A stretch of 64,000 nucleotides of DNA from Antedon mediterranea (taxonomy: Eukaryota > Animalia > Echinodermata): contig NC_092675.1 in the NCBI RefSeq assembly GCF_964355755.1, positions 24,028,912-24,092,911 on the forward strand, read 5' to 3'. Shown here one piece after another: positions 1 to 13,089 of the stretch. The position numbers and the translations under genes are program-made. Positions within the stretch are counted from its first letter, which is position 1; the number at the start of each line of letters is the position of its first letter. The notes beneath the pieces were generated by a model that ran no database searches, was not told the origin of the DNA, and worked only from the letters and a program-made list of their open reading frames with translations.

Positions 1-135
1 AAAACATGTGAATTAGTCATATAAATTTCATAATTTCCAAGTTACTCTCAACAAGTAGGCTTACCTCTCTCGATCCGCCTCTGGTTCGTGTTTAGGGCCT
101 AATACATTTTAATTCTTTTTACTATTTTTTTCCAG

Positions 136-1850
136 TACATATTCATACTCTCACTTGTAGTGACATTGCAGTTGGCAGTAGGGATCTATATCGCCGTGAT
201 GAACGAAGAGGTAATCAGATTCACTATGTCGGTCGGTTGGTCGGTCGTTTGATCGTAAACAATAACTAGAGCACGCGAGTATATGACCTTGTTTTTATTG
301 TATATACATTTAGATAAGTCAGAATAGCCTAAGCATTGGAACGTCAAGAAATCTTCACTGTTTTCCAGCACTGGTTTTTATTGCTTGTAAGGGGTGGAAT
401 TTCTTCAGCTCCATTAAGCAAAATTAAAACAAAATAATGCACGATCTTATTTTCAGAAAGTTCTTCTGGAAGTCTGGAAGAAAATGGATGAAGTCAGTAT
501 AGATGTGGTTCAATCACAGGTATTCAATTTCTATTTAAATTCTTATTTTACAGAATTTTGTAAGGACAATACATTGCGGTTTGTCTCCAAAGAAAGCTGT
601 AACTTCTGATCAACCATACACCGATACCAATTAATGATAAACCATAATTATAAAAATATACCAGAAATGATCTAGGCCTACCTTTTTAACATTGATGATG
701 TGTAATAAACAATCAAGAAAAGTTAAACAAATATTTACTTTTGTTTTTGAAAATCTGCATGTAGGGCCTATTATTTTTAAATCGTTTCCTAAACTAAATA
801 ACTTATTGTGTTCAGATGAACTGCTGCGGATTCAATAGTACATCAGAATATTCACCAGGATCTGTTCCAGACTCCTGCATCGACCCGGATTCTGAACAAC
901 TGTATGACGTAAGTAAACAACTGCACGGCACTGTAATCTCTGTCCACACCCACTCTTGTTAGAAGAGAGTTAGAATCCGAGTTACAACCTCCGTAAGTAC
1001 GTGTGTGTCGTTGTTAACCCGATATAAAACCGATAGGTTTCATAATGTATTGAAGAGCGGTAAATAACTTCCACAACTCAACAATTGTGAACTAAACTAA
1101 ACAAACTGTACTGTTTTCTAATGAGGTTTCACTAAATTTCTAAAATGATGGGAAAATTAGATGAAATTAGGGCTGAAAGATACGATTTTTGAGCGCAATA
1201 AATAAATTACGTTCCTGCAAATAGTATCTCTATCTCTCTCAATCTCTACACAATAAAATCAAGGAAAAAAACTTGTGTAAAAAAAATTCACTCTCAACAT
1301 TCCTCTGATAGTATTATTTTTCACCCGGTCCCTTTTATACATGCGATATACAGGAAAGGAATAACATTCTTTGTAGACATTTTAGAAGTTTCTGTGTACT
1401 GTGTGATGCAAAATTGTAGGAGACTAACTTTTTTTTAACTTTTAGGTATCGTGTTACACACGACTTTGGGACCTCATTAATGATAATCTACTAACCTCTA
1501 GCATAGCAGTATCGGTTGTGTTTCTTATTGAGGTAGGCCTAAATATAATAATAATTGTATACTGAATAATATTATTCTATAACCGAATTGGCGGGGGCGT
1601 TAACATTTTAAAGATGAACAAAACATTTAAAGCTCTGTCTACACACACTAAACTTTATGTGACAAAGCATGTGATGTGCCCATATATGGACATCTATTGT
1701 AGCTTAAGAATTGAACAATTTTCCTCAATCGATATCGATTGAAAATGACTTATTTAACAATATTGTTTTCAACAGGTTTTTGCGATTTTGTTTGCGGGAA
1801 GAAATGTAAAACATATCAAAAATCGAATATCTTATACCAAAGGTGATTGA
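136..1850 (+). CDS. Tetraspanin, 3' part (5' exons lie upstream of the window)
   Basis: GT-AG exons 136-210, 457-519, 816-908, 1446-1532 and 1776-1850, all phase 0. They splice to YIFILSLVVTLQLAVGIYIAVMNEE-KVLLEVWKKMDEVSIDVVQSQ-MNCCGFNSTSEYSPGSVPDSCIDPDSEQLYD-VSCYTRLWDLINDNLLTSSIAVSVVFLIE-VFAILFAGRNVKHIKNRISYTKGD*. This gives TM3, a large extracellular loop with CCG and PxSC motifs, TM4 with a polar Glu, and a short tail. Confidence 0.9.
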
Positions 1851-2010
1851 TATATAATGATTATTAACTTACTGTATAGTGTTGTAACAGAGAACAAATC
1901 GAATAACTTATAAATAGATTAGTCAAAAATGTTGGTAACGCAATTTCTTGGTACACACCTTTAAGCTTTATGTTATAATCCACTGTAAACATATTTCTGA
2001 TGTGTGTATC

Positions 2011-2607
2011 GTTAAAGATGTATTGTCCCTTGAAACACAAAAAAATGAAGGTCAAAATATTCTAAATTTAAATTGGCCATATCAAAGTAATATTAAAGTT
2101 ATTCACTTTAAGTTGAAAATTCGAGCCAAAAACAACAAGTATACGTAATTAACAGGTAGGCTAAATTAGTTTGATTACATTTCGTCTGGAAAATCGTCGC
2201 GAGCGAAAGTAAACAAAGATTTCAAACCACGAGTGCACATTATGCATATTCTAATTAGGATTGTTTACAACTCGTCACGGTTGAGAAGGTATTTTCACAC
2301 AGATCGTGAGGAAGTTTTATGATTATGCATACAGAGTAGCCAAACAAGCGCGTTTCATTATGGGATATGTTTTGATCGAAAACTTTGACTGGAAGTCAAA
2401 GTAATTTTTTTAACAAAAAAACCTCTGTTTTTCAGTTAAATGATTTTTTTTTTTTCAACAAATGTTTGGTTATAGCATGGAGAAATAAGTTAATCTCCAT
2501 GGTTATAGTTAATAACTATTATGATATTTCAAAATGACCCACCTTTTTTCGAAATCTTTTATTTTTTTTGTTTTTGGAATTAGTCAAAGGGACAATACAT
2601 CTTTAAC
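2011..2607. mobile_element. Non-autonomous DNA transposon (MITE) with TTAA-flanked TIRs, Kolobok-like
   Basis: TTAAAGATGTATTGTCCC at 2012 and its reverse complement GGGACAATACATCTTTAA ending at 2606. The same TIRs recur at 26029-26501. A TTAA target with AG...CT ends fits Kolobok (inference). Confidence 0.75.
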
Positions 2608-4287
2608 TAATACTATCTTTAATGTTATTGTCATTTATCATTAACCGTTTTGAGTGATCGTCCGTTCTGGATCATAATACTCATGCGAACATTGGATGTA
2701 ATGTCCTATAAGATTGATTCCCACTATCGACGCACGCAACACACCAAGTATGTAACGCAACTTAAGTGATTTGACGAATCACAAACGATAGATTATTTGA
2801 ACTGTCGTTTTTTGGTCAACTCGTTTGCGTTGCGCTACGTCCTATGAGTGTGCTGATATGCTTATTTTAATTATTTTCCATTTATATTTTCAGGTATAAA
2901 AACTGCTTGGGAGTTGTAATCTGTCACCAACACTTTCAATAAACAAATATATAAAATATATAAATATATAACATATTTCATGTATTTCATATTAATTTAT
3001 TAGGCCTAAAGGTTAAAAATATTGGCACAAATGTCAAGCCAAAAACAACCATAATATGTAATTAAATTGTGTATATTATTGAAGTTTGCATTTAATTGTT
3101 ACCAAAATAAGAAAAATGTGCACCTTTGTAAGAAATACGATACAAATAAATGTTGACATTTACTTTAGCTGGTCCCAAGTTTCATTACCGGTAAATGTAG
3201 GCCTCTATATTCGCTTTGACCAAAGTTATTGTTCAAAGACAAAACATATATTTGCTTTCGACCTGCGACGATCGACGACCTGCACCTACTTATTTAGACT
3301 TGCTCCAAGTCTGTATTTATTGTCTTTTTTATTTCATTCAACACGTCGTCGTTTTGATTTTTGTATTTGGAGTATCCAACTCAAGTAATACACGTATGAA
3401 ACGCCATATGTGCAAAAATATTTATATTTTTACTAATATTAAGACAAAACTCCGTCTGGAGCCCAGACTACTACTTATTATTTGTCGTCGGTTGTCGTCT
3501 GTGATCCAGAAAACAGCCAAAACCGTGTCGAGGAGAGGAGGAAGAGAGCTGTGAAAAGCACGCCACATCTTTCCCACATCGTGATTATTAAATATATGAC
3601 GTTTAATATCTTGTTTTTTTTGATCGTCGTAAATCGAATGTGGCTTCCTAATATTATTTCAATTCATTTAGATGCCTTCAGAAACGGATGGAAGGATCGA
3701 AGAACAAATTAAAATGATATAACAATATACTGCCACTCACATTTATTAGGTTTTTATTAGCTATTATTTTCATTTTCAATTAGTTTCAAATTGACAGTAG
3801 ATTTATATGAAATAGTTTCTTTGTTAATTTTGTCTTTACAGTATTTTCATATGTTATATATGTTGCATCGTGTATAATTTACTGGTATCTCATTGTAACG
3901 GCCAATAAAACTCGTTCCCGAAAAGTGTTCTTCACGAGGTAATTAATTATACACAGTGTAGTAAAAAAAGAAAATAAACTTAATGTTAGTAATTGTAGTA
4001 GTGTTTGACTTGCCATTAAAAAACTGATTAGGCAATATTCATTGATATATTTTCTTTAAAAATAAAATAACGCTGAGTGGAGAATCTTGATTGGTTGAAA
4101 ACTGATTTTCCTGTTTACTTTTTGACCAATCAAATTTGCTAGCGGTGATGTAATCTTGATCTTCAATGCGGAAATAAAGAGAGTAATAAAATCACAAACG
4201 TCTCGTTTGCATCCAGCCAGGGTAGTTACTCTTATTTTGTAATAAAAAACCTGTAGTAAAGTAATTGTTTTTAATTTGTAAACGATA

Positions 4288-7200
4288 ATGGATGAAGAAA
4301 GGGTTAATACGTTAGAGAAAGATGAAGAAGACGATGATTTCGATAAATATGCACCAGAGAATCGATCTTCTACTACAGCAGGCAGTAGCCTCACTCACCC
4401 CGGATCTGTGGTGTTTGACGAGGACCACACGCCAGTAACCCGTGGAGGTGCTTACGAAATTTTGGTTAAGAAAAGTTGTGTGTTTTGTAAAATTGCTCAT
4501 GAAGACGAAGGGAGATTTTTTGCTAAGCCTGTTTTTCAAGTAAGCCTTGCCCATGCGAACTGAGTTCCATCATTTAAGTATTTAAGTTTAAATAAAAAGC
4601 AGAGGCCTACCTAGTCCTAGGCTAGGCCTACTAGGCCTTGGACGTCCTAGCTAGGCTAGACTAGACTAGCTAGGCCTAGGCTAGTAATAGTAGTAGGCCT
4701 AGGCCTAGACTAGTTAGAGAGGAGGAGGTCTAGCCTATCTAGGTAGGCCTAGGATAGTTAGGCCCTAGGCCTAGTACTTTAATAGGGTTGTTAGCCCGTA
4801 GTAGATAGAAATAGACTAGGAAAAGTTCAATGCTACCTAGCCTAGTAATAATAGTAGTAGGAGTAGCCAAGCAGTAGAGCCTAGGCCTAGCCTATAGCCG
4901 CATACTATTCTCCAAAATACATAAACCACACAGCTGCCAAAAAAATGACCTCACAATTGCGTGGTTCAGTTTATTTAAGCTAAGGGTTATTTAACAAAGT
5001 CACAGACAAAGTCCTACTATGTACTAATAACAAGACTTTAAAAAGATCCTGTAAAAAACCAAAGCAGATCGACAAATACATTTACTATCTAATGTATATG
5101 ATGTTAATTATTGGTACATTTTCCAGAATACAGAAGTGACCGTGTTTTCTGACATAAGTCCTGCAGCCAAAGTTCATCTTTTAGTAATACCAAACACTCA
5201 TATTGCCAGTGTACGAGATTTGAAGAAAGAACATATTCCATTATGTAAGTATTAAGAACCTACAATAACATTTTTGTTATTCTTTTATCATTATGTTATT
5301 GGAAACTGATTGATTGATAATCAATTATGTGCCTATATTTTAATCACAGAGGCAAGCAATTTCAGAGCTTTTTTTTTTTTTGCAATACAATTAAAAGGTA
5401 AACTTTACTGGTACGAATAGTTTTACAATGTATTAGGGATGTATGATATCAGAACAATTGTATGATTAATTCCTAGTTTTAAATGTTCTTTATTTTTATT
5501 GTCAGATTTAGTACCCTACACAAGATCGGCATATGTATATTAAATCATTCATTGTTTTTTTTTTAAACTATAGTAGAGTACATGTTTGCTGCAGGGGCAG
5601 GTGGGCTGGAGATTTTAAGTGGCAGTATCAATGAAGCAAGGTTAGTTTATCAGTGTAACTGATTATAGGCCTTGCCAGTCTACTTTTACATATCAGTATT
5701 CCCCTGTTACTGGTTTTCCCATATCCCATCTCATCATCTGGTAGTTGCTACATTCGTTATTTGTCTTTCCCATTTTTTTTAAATAGTGCCATGAAACTAA
5801 ATTAACTAATAGCTCTCTCCTGTCAAAATGTCAGTAATGTTAATGCTCAATTTAGAAGTTATCATCTGCAAAAAGAAACTCAAAATTTATGTTAACTGTC
5901 TATTTCTTGGATTTATTGAGAGTAATTATTAATAATGATGTTTAAATATAAGTTTTTTATTGGCTTGATTGACTGTGTGTAATTTTGTATTTTCTATTGG
6001 CAATGTAAGTTGTTGTGCTCTCTTTTTGCTGTTGTCTATTCGCACAGACAACAAGGTACACTGTGCCAATAGAAAACTTTACATTAGAGTGGATTTGTGG
6101 CTTGGTGATTATGTAGTTTGTCTACCAATCCAAGTGTCCTGGGTTCAAGTCCTGTCATATGTCAGGATTTTTTCTAATGACAAATTACAACTCCACTTCC
6201 AAAGACTTGTAATAAGACTTTGTTTATGTAGAGCATCTTGTGTAAATGTTTGTCTTGTGAACAGAATTGCCACCTTTAAGAAGGATAGTGAATGAATTTG
6301 CTTATGATTATCCTTGGCAATATGTAAACAAACAAAACAAACAAAGATTTTTTTTGAAAAATATGTACCATGTATATTATCTATTGTAAAGTTTTCTTTT
6401 TGTAATATTGCACACCGTAGAGTGGACAGTTATTGCCTTTATTTACTCCTTACAGAGTTGGTTTCCATTGCCCACCATTTACAAGTATGAGCCACCTGCA
6501 TATGCATATTTTGTATCCAGAAACAAGCATCAGATGGTGGAACAAACTCTTCTTTAAGCCTGATTCGTATTGGTTCACTCTGGTGAGTTTATATTCTACA
6601 AAAATTGACAAAAACATTTTGATTACAATTGCTAGTGATAGAAAGCCATAAATATGCTTCTGTTTGTGAAAATGATGTTATTATATTACTTTTTTGCTGC
6701 TATCTGTACATATCATTTTACAATAGACATTAATAAAAATGAAACTCCATCATTATCATAGTTATCCTTAATGAGGAACCACATATCTTTATTTTTTTTA
6801 TATTTATATAATTATGTTGGTCACTCCTTTTGTTTTCCTTTTTCTCGTCTTTGTGTATTTGTTATCGTTCCTGTTTTTTAGGTGTTGAGGGCCTCATGCA
6901 TGTTAGCCCCGGCTGTTTTGAGTCACCCTCATTAAACAAAGCTTAATAAATATGTGTAATTTATTATTTTCTATTGGCACTTTTGACCATGTGTCTTATA
7001 TTCGCACAGTGTATCTTGTTGTCTGTGCGGATAGAAAATAAAAGAGAGTCAATCGTGGCATCATCTCAATTTTACTTTGATTGAATCATTTTGTAATAAT
7101 TTGTAAATGTAATCACTATGTCTTAAAACAAATTAATGAAAACAATACACAGGTACTGTACTATCATAGGAGATCAGTTCCTCTATATGGTACCTGTGTT

Positions 7201-10200
7201 GTTTTCGTAAATTTGGTTAATAAAGGTGCTGACAAAACTACAGCTGAGGCAGCTTGCATCACACAAACCACAGTGAAAATTATAAACAATGTGTTTAGGT
7301 TTCTTTCCTTTGATTTTTCTAAAGCTCTGTCTACACATCAAACTTTATGTGACAAAAAAAATGTGATATGCCTATATATGGACATGATGATGTCATATTA
7401 CTACCATATTTGGTATATCAATACCATATTTGGGAATTTTTTTTGGCAAACTAATTTGATAGTGTAGGCAGAGCTTAAAACATTATTACACTGAATAATT
7501 ACCAGACCTTCTTTAAATTTATAATAGCGCCCTCAATATTTTTTTACATCAATATCCTTTATATGCAAATTTATAAAATCATTACTCAACTGAATTTGTT
7601 CGCTGTACTTAAATATGGTGGATATTGAAAGGAATTTTTAATGTATGTTTTTATTACCTTTCGATACTAACAATTCTAATTTTACTTTTATCTTTGTTAA
7701 TAAATTAAGATATTGTAGTACACTTACTTTACACATTTAAACAAATGGTTTTAGTCTTGTTTTGTTTTTCCTTTAAAAATTTACTTTTATTTCCTTTTTT
7801 TTCTCATGATTTCTTTTTAATCAATTCTAAATTTCATCAATTTAATTTAAAAAAAATTGGGCTAAGCCCTAGGCCTAAAAAAGTGTATTTGCTACCAGGC
7901 AACCAACAATTAGGAAGTGGTATATGATGAGGAATGATATGTTATTTCTTATGACCATTTACACAAAACGAGGAGAAGACGAGCGGTTTCTGTTCAGGAT
8001 ATTAAGATAAAAGACCATATTTTTACTGAAGAAGTCACCAAGTTTTATAATTGATAAAGAAATCAATAAATACAAAATGGACAGAGTTTAAAAAAAACAC
8101 TTTTAAAACAAATTTAGACCCCATATAAATAAATGTTATCTAGAGTGTTCTCATAAATTATGTTGTTCTTCTTGTACATTGATGATTATGAATTTGCTTT
8201 AAGGTTGAGTCACATATTTCAAAAGAACATTTTATCATGTAAACCATTCCACATTAGTCAGTTTAATTATATAACATTTTCACCGATCAATGATATAGGG
8301 ATATCATCAGTGAAAATGTCATAGAATTTTCTAGAAGATGGCAAGCACTATTTTTCTTTTTTTTTTCCATTTCTTGTTTTTGCATAAGCTGAAGTTCATG
8401 AACAATTTTTTTATAAGGTTTATAATGACTCACTCTACTACATTATGTTGATCATTTTTTTGCATTTTCAATTTTTAGAATAATGATTATTCAGAAGCAG
8501 GAAGCTGCTTACTGTATTATTTTTTTCCAAAAATGCATTTTAATATTTAATATCCATAATTATTAATATTGATATTTTAATAGCTGCTCTTCCCATTATA
8601 CAAGTAAGTCCAAATTAAAATTGACAATCAAAATGATTTGATGAAGTATCAAAAAATTACTAAATGAAAATCTTTACTAACTACATCATCCAATCAAATA
8701 CTTTCAGGTAAAAACCTCTTGCATATTATTCTAAATCAAAGCATACCTACATAGTGTTTGAAAGAGTTCTCACCATTTGCAGGCGAACCTTTATTGCTAT
8801 TCCTTCCACCTTTACCTGTACCTCTTGTCTGTGGAAGGCTAAGAATTTTGGTTAGGATGCTTGAAAGGGCATGGTGCTGCTGCATATATTCAAATTTACC
8901 ATAAATAGAATGTTCATGTACCTGCATCTGGTTGTTGTTGACATGGGGTTGGGGGGCAGGGTCCCAACCTCAAACCAGCAACAACCTCAAACTTGACATG
9001 TATGATACCAATAGAGGTTACTGTTTGTGCCAACTGTACTTCTTGGTTGATCCTGATAAAAATTTATTTCATTAATATTACCCAAACTTCCTTTTAAGTC
9101 GACCATTTAATAATACATTTTTAGGCTGGCAGAAACAGTGTCATATCATAATAAATATTATATTAAACGCACAATTTATAGTGAAATATAATATTAGGAA
9201 TTTGGTATTTTTTATGAGTACTCTGCTGCATAAAAAGCTACATATTTAAAGATATAATTTTTGTCGCAAAAACAGTTTCTAATCATGATATTTAACAGAG
9301 GATTTAATATGTATACCTTAATACCTTGTAATAATACTCTTAATTGATTTACAAAAAAAGTAACAGACTGGCTATTTTTTTTCCTTCGCTACATTTGAAG
9401 ACGTTTCCTTTAAATGAATTACTACTAGTATGCTACAGTATGACCATTATGAAAATTCTGATGAGTCAACGTAGCCAAGAGGTTTTCCCGATTTACACTT
9501 CTGTGACAAACAATAGCCTTGGCTAATTTGAATTAATGAATATGTATTGCTTGTTTTTTAGGTGTTTATTTCTCATTTATTCCTAAAAAACTATGGATCA
9601 TCTTATTTTTTTAATATAAAATAAAATATTTACCTCAAAATTGCAATGGAGAGTTGCAGTGAATTTATTTGTTGTATTGTGCCATCATATTTTGAATTAC
9701 ATTATTAATCAATCAAAAATAAAATGTTTATTTGTAATTAAATATTCATTTTAAAACATACTCCTTTTGCCGACTGTATAGTCGAGTAACTGAGCAGTTA
9801 ATGCAGGGGCATTGTACCTCTGCACAGGTTAAAGGCGCTCTTCAACTATAGTTCTGGTGGTAGAACGAGTCTTCTCGGATAAATACTTGTATGATGAAGT
9901 GAATGTCCAGTGTACACATCTTGTTTGTGTGCACTTTAAAGAACCTGGTATACTGGTCCATCTCAGCCCCTTTGATGGACAGCAGACGATGAATTAACGC
10001 TGTTTTGTAGCAGCACTCAGAATAAGGGACCTTTAGGTGGAAACATCCTTGTATGTGTGACGCGCTGTACATTATCAACACAGCTATTTTTAGGTACAGT
10101 ACAGTTAATGTGTGTGTGATTGAATACTAAAAATAGCTTTGGGGGCTGAACAAAAAAAATGCCGACGTGTTGCCGAGGTGGGCTTCGTTTACGTCGGCAT

Positions 10201-11846
10201 TTTTTTGCCGAGGTCATTTCGCCCCAATTTCGAGGGCTGTGTGTTACATCTGGTCCACTGGGCTTTGAGATGGTTAATAAAGCGCAATATTATAAATATT
10301 TTATAATCATTTAGTCATATGGTACCTTGTTTGACCTTCCACCTTGTACCTCGATCAGTCACTGATGCACAAATTAATTATACTATAGTAGTATAGTGAA
10401 TGTTCCATTAATTAAAATATATGATCAATTTAATATGCGTACCTTTGAATGTGTCAAGGTCAAACAGTTGTAAATACAATACTTTTAAAAAAATCATTAA
10501 TTTTTGCATTAATTCCTACTGAAACATCCATGTGAAATGAATTGTTGAGATTTTGTAGCACATCGTATATTAATGTGTGTATGCATTTCTACTGTATATT
10601 TGTTTTCTAATTATCATATTTTGATATTATAGGAACATCATGTATTTTAGATATGGTAATCTATCATAATAGTACAGTAATATTGTGTGTGACTCCCTTT
10701 CGTAATGAACATTAATTTTCAAATATACATCCAGGCAAAAAATAAAATTCATAAATAAATTAACCTTAGATTAATTTCTTTATATATTAATTAATCAGGG
10801 GGTTGTAAAATAAGCAACTCCCTGAATTAATATAATATTTTAAAATCAAACCAACAGTGAATTATCAATATCGGAATACAAAAAAAACACACCAAAACTT
10901 GCTGAAAATTTGGTAATGCTGTACGCACAATCATACACAAACCTGATCTGGAGCCGAATTGGATGTGATGTGAAAGACCCTTAAAAGGGGTATTACTATT
11001 AAATTGTAGTGATTAAAATAATGGTTCACCCGACATAAAATTCTATCTTTTGGCATTATTCTTTAATTCTGGGGATGTATGGTATGATATTATTATGTAT
11101 TAAAATTGTATGAAAAATGTATTGAATAATGATATGTTTTTGTGCTCTATACTTTATTTCTATGAGCATCTCGGCAAAAACATCTTAACTAAAAAGGTGG
11201 AATGTTATTTGCCTCTTGTGATGATGCATTAGGTTGCTGATCTAATTCACATTATTCTGTTATGTATAAGAAATGTACTATACCTACTGTACTTCTTTAC
11301 ATATCACCCAGACATTATAATTTATTTCATTGTCTGAGAAACCTATACAGATTTGTATTTTGCATAATGCACATTTGCCTAGCTGAATACTTGTTTGTAT
11401 GGGCCTGTTTTTGCTGCAAAGCGTCGAATAAACCGTTTATTAAAAAAATAAAATGTTTAGACCGACTGCATTTCTGCTCGCAATTTACCGTTTAAATTAG
11501 TGGTTGACAAAAAACGTTAACATTACCCAAAATGCATTGCAATTAGGCAATCAAACGATTACTGTAAATTTTATTATTGTATATTGTAGGTTTTGAAAAA
11601 TAAATGGATGTTAAAAATGAAATAAATAGGCTTCTTGTATTTTTACTTTAAAATTCCTTTTATTTTCAGTATGATACTATGCTGATGTCACTAAATGAAA
11701 TGGATGGTCCACCTGTAAAATGTGTTTCATTTCCGTCAACGACAACAGACACTAATGAGGACCCAACTAATACAGATCCAAAGCCTGAGACAAGTACTCC
11801 ACAGGTCAAAGTTGAAAACGAAAACATAGTGGAGGAGAGTAAATAA
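4288..11846 (+). CDS. HINT3: Histidine triad nucleotide-binding protein 3-like (HIT family)
   Basis: Exons 4288-4539, 5127-5244, 5574-5640, 6456-6582 and a putative last exon 11670-11846 splice in frame. Motifs: CVFCKI, FSDISPAAKVHLLVIP, GFHCPPFTSMSHLHMH (HIT motif HxHxH) and FKPDSYWF. The last exon is supported only by its acceptor and phase compatibility, so it is less certain. Confidence 0.88.
4600..4900. repeat. Low-complexity TAGGCCTA/CTAG tract at the start of HINT3 intron 1
   Basis: Dense, irregular array of taggcc, ctag and tagtag units read directly. Confidence 0.85.
6088..6330 (+). mobile_element. tRNA-derived SINE remnant
   Basis: A-box-like TGGCTTGGTGA (~6097) and B-box GGTTCAAGTCC (~6142) at tRNA-like spacing, with no full cloverleaf. 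An (AAAC)n tail follows at ~6327-6345. Boundaries are approximate. Confidence 0.5.
7322..7478. mobile_element. MITE family with AGCTCTGTCTACAC...GTGTAGACAGAGCT TIRs (TWA target, PIF/Harbinger-like)
   Basis: Full copy here. Related full or partial copies at ~1630-1700, 18945-19017, 40104-40266, 40506-40600, 42848-42930, 44620-44752 and 53256-53418 share the internal tgtgacaaa/gcccatatatggacatgatgatgtca motifs. Confidence 0.8.
9845..9965 (+). mobile_element. SINE central-domain fragment (Deu-domain-like)
   Basis: gttctggtggtagaacgagtcttctcggataa is shared with 50047-50100, and gtgcactttaaagaacc is shared with the minus-strand copy at 39410-39600. The resemblance to the DeuSINE core is from recall and has not been aligned. 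Confidence 0.55.
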
Positions 11847-13089
11847 AACAAAAACGAGTGCCTACATTTAAAGGTGCTACTACTGTGGATTCAATCCACA
11901 AACTTAATTTGAAAGCAAAACTACAACAATTTGGTCTTCTCGTAAAACGTCCTATCATGGACTTAATGATGCAGCATTTTTACGCTTTGCTCCACTGGGA
12001 CCCAATGCAAGTAATTTGACAAATTATAAGTTACAGTTTGCATGATCCGTCACATGTGATTGGTCAAATCACTTCCTTGCATTGCGTGTTATTTCAAGTG
12101 TGAACCAAACATTGGTATTAAAGTACTGTCACGTAAATGTGAAAAAAATGATTTTAGCCATACCTGCCTGCCTAATCTGGAAATGTGGAAGGATTTTTTG
12201 GATTAGAAACCCAGATGCACACCAATAGATATTGGGAAGCACTTTATATGTTATATAAATAAAATAAAGCAATATTTAATTGATTTAGAGTATCAATATG
12301 GTATGGATATATTATTATGTTGCTACATTACCAGCTGCAGTCTCTGATGCAGACTGATTTAAAAATAAAATAGATTTATATCAGTGCATCAGTTTATAAA
12401 TGTGCACATTTATTTTACAAGATTAATGGCATTTTAAAATAGACAGTTTTTAGCATTGAATGCATTAAAAATATAAATCTAGTATAAAATGTTAGCATTT
12501 GGTAATTTGCACATGCATTAATTACCTACTCACTGTAAACTACAGGGATTTACCCGCATCCTTTTGCTAATGCTTTCTGTAATGTTATACACAAAACAGA
12601 TATTGTAGTTTTAAAAAGAAATACTCTAATGTTCAAAACCTTGGCATAATTGCATGGTCAATATGTACATGGTACGTTCTGTCAATGCAACAATTATGAT
12701 TTCCTGTAGAAGCACCAACTGGCACTGCCAAGGTGCGCATACGTTTCTACAGTTCACAAATTTGTCATTTTCAACATGTTGAACATAATTATCTTCCACG
12801 GAATGAGCTGTTTTCCTGCAATTTTCCCAATATGCCACAGACTATCCTCTTTTTGCCATGCATTCAATACAGGATGATCAAATTCCTGTTTTTACCATAA
12901 TTAATACAATAACACCTCACGTGCACTTGTATTATAAGTATGACTACAAGTCAATTGATCTTTTGATGAATAATTCAGCTTGATTTTTAGACCTTGTTTG
13001 CAATATGGAAGATGAACTTTGTTTGTACAGTGTGAGCACACTATTCTATCTAATACACATTCTTCTTGCATTTTTAGCATAGGCAAATA

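Noticed and set aside
3086-3712. Overlapping 76-112 aa ORFs in a CpG-richer patch
   Set aside because: No recognisable protein and no splice pattern. Probably an unclassified repeat whose ends I could not define.
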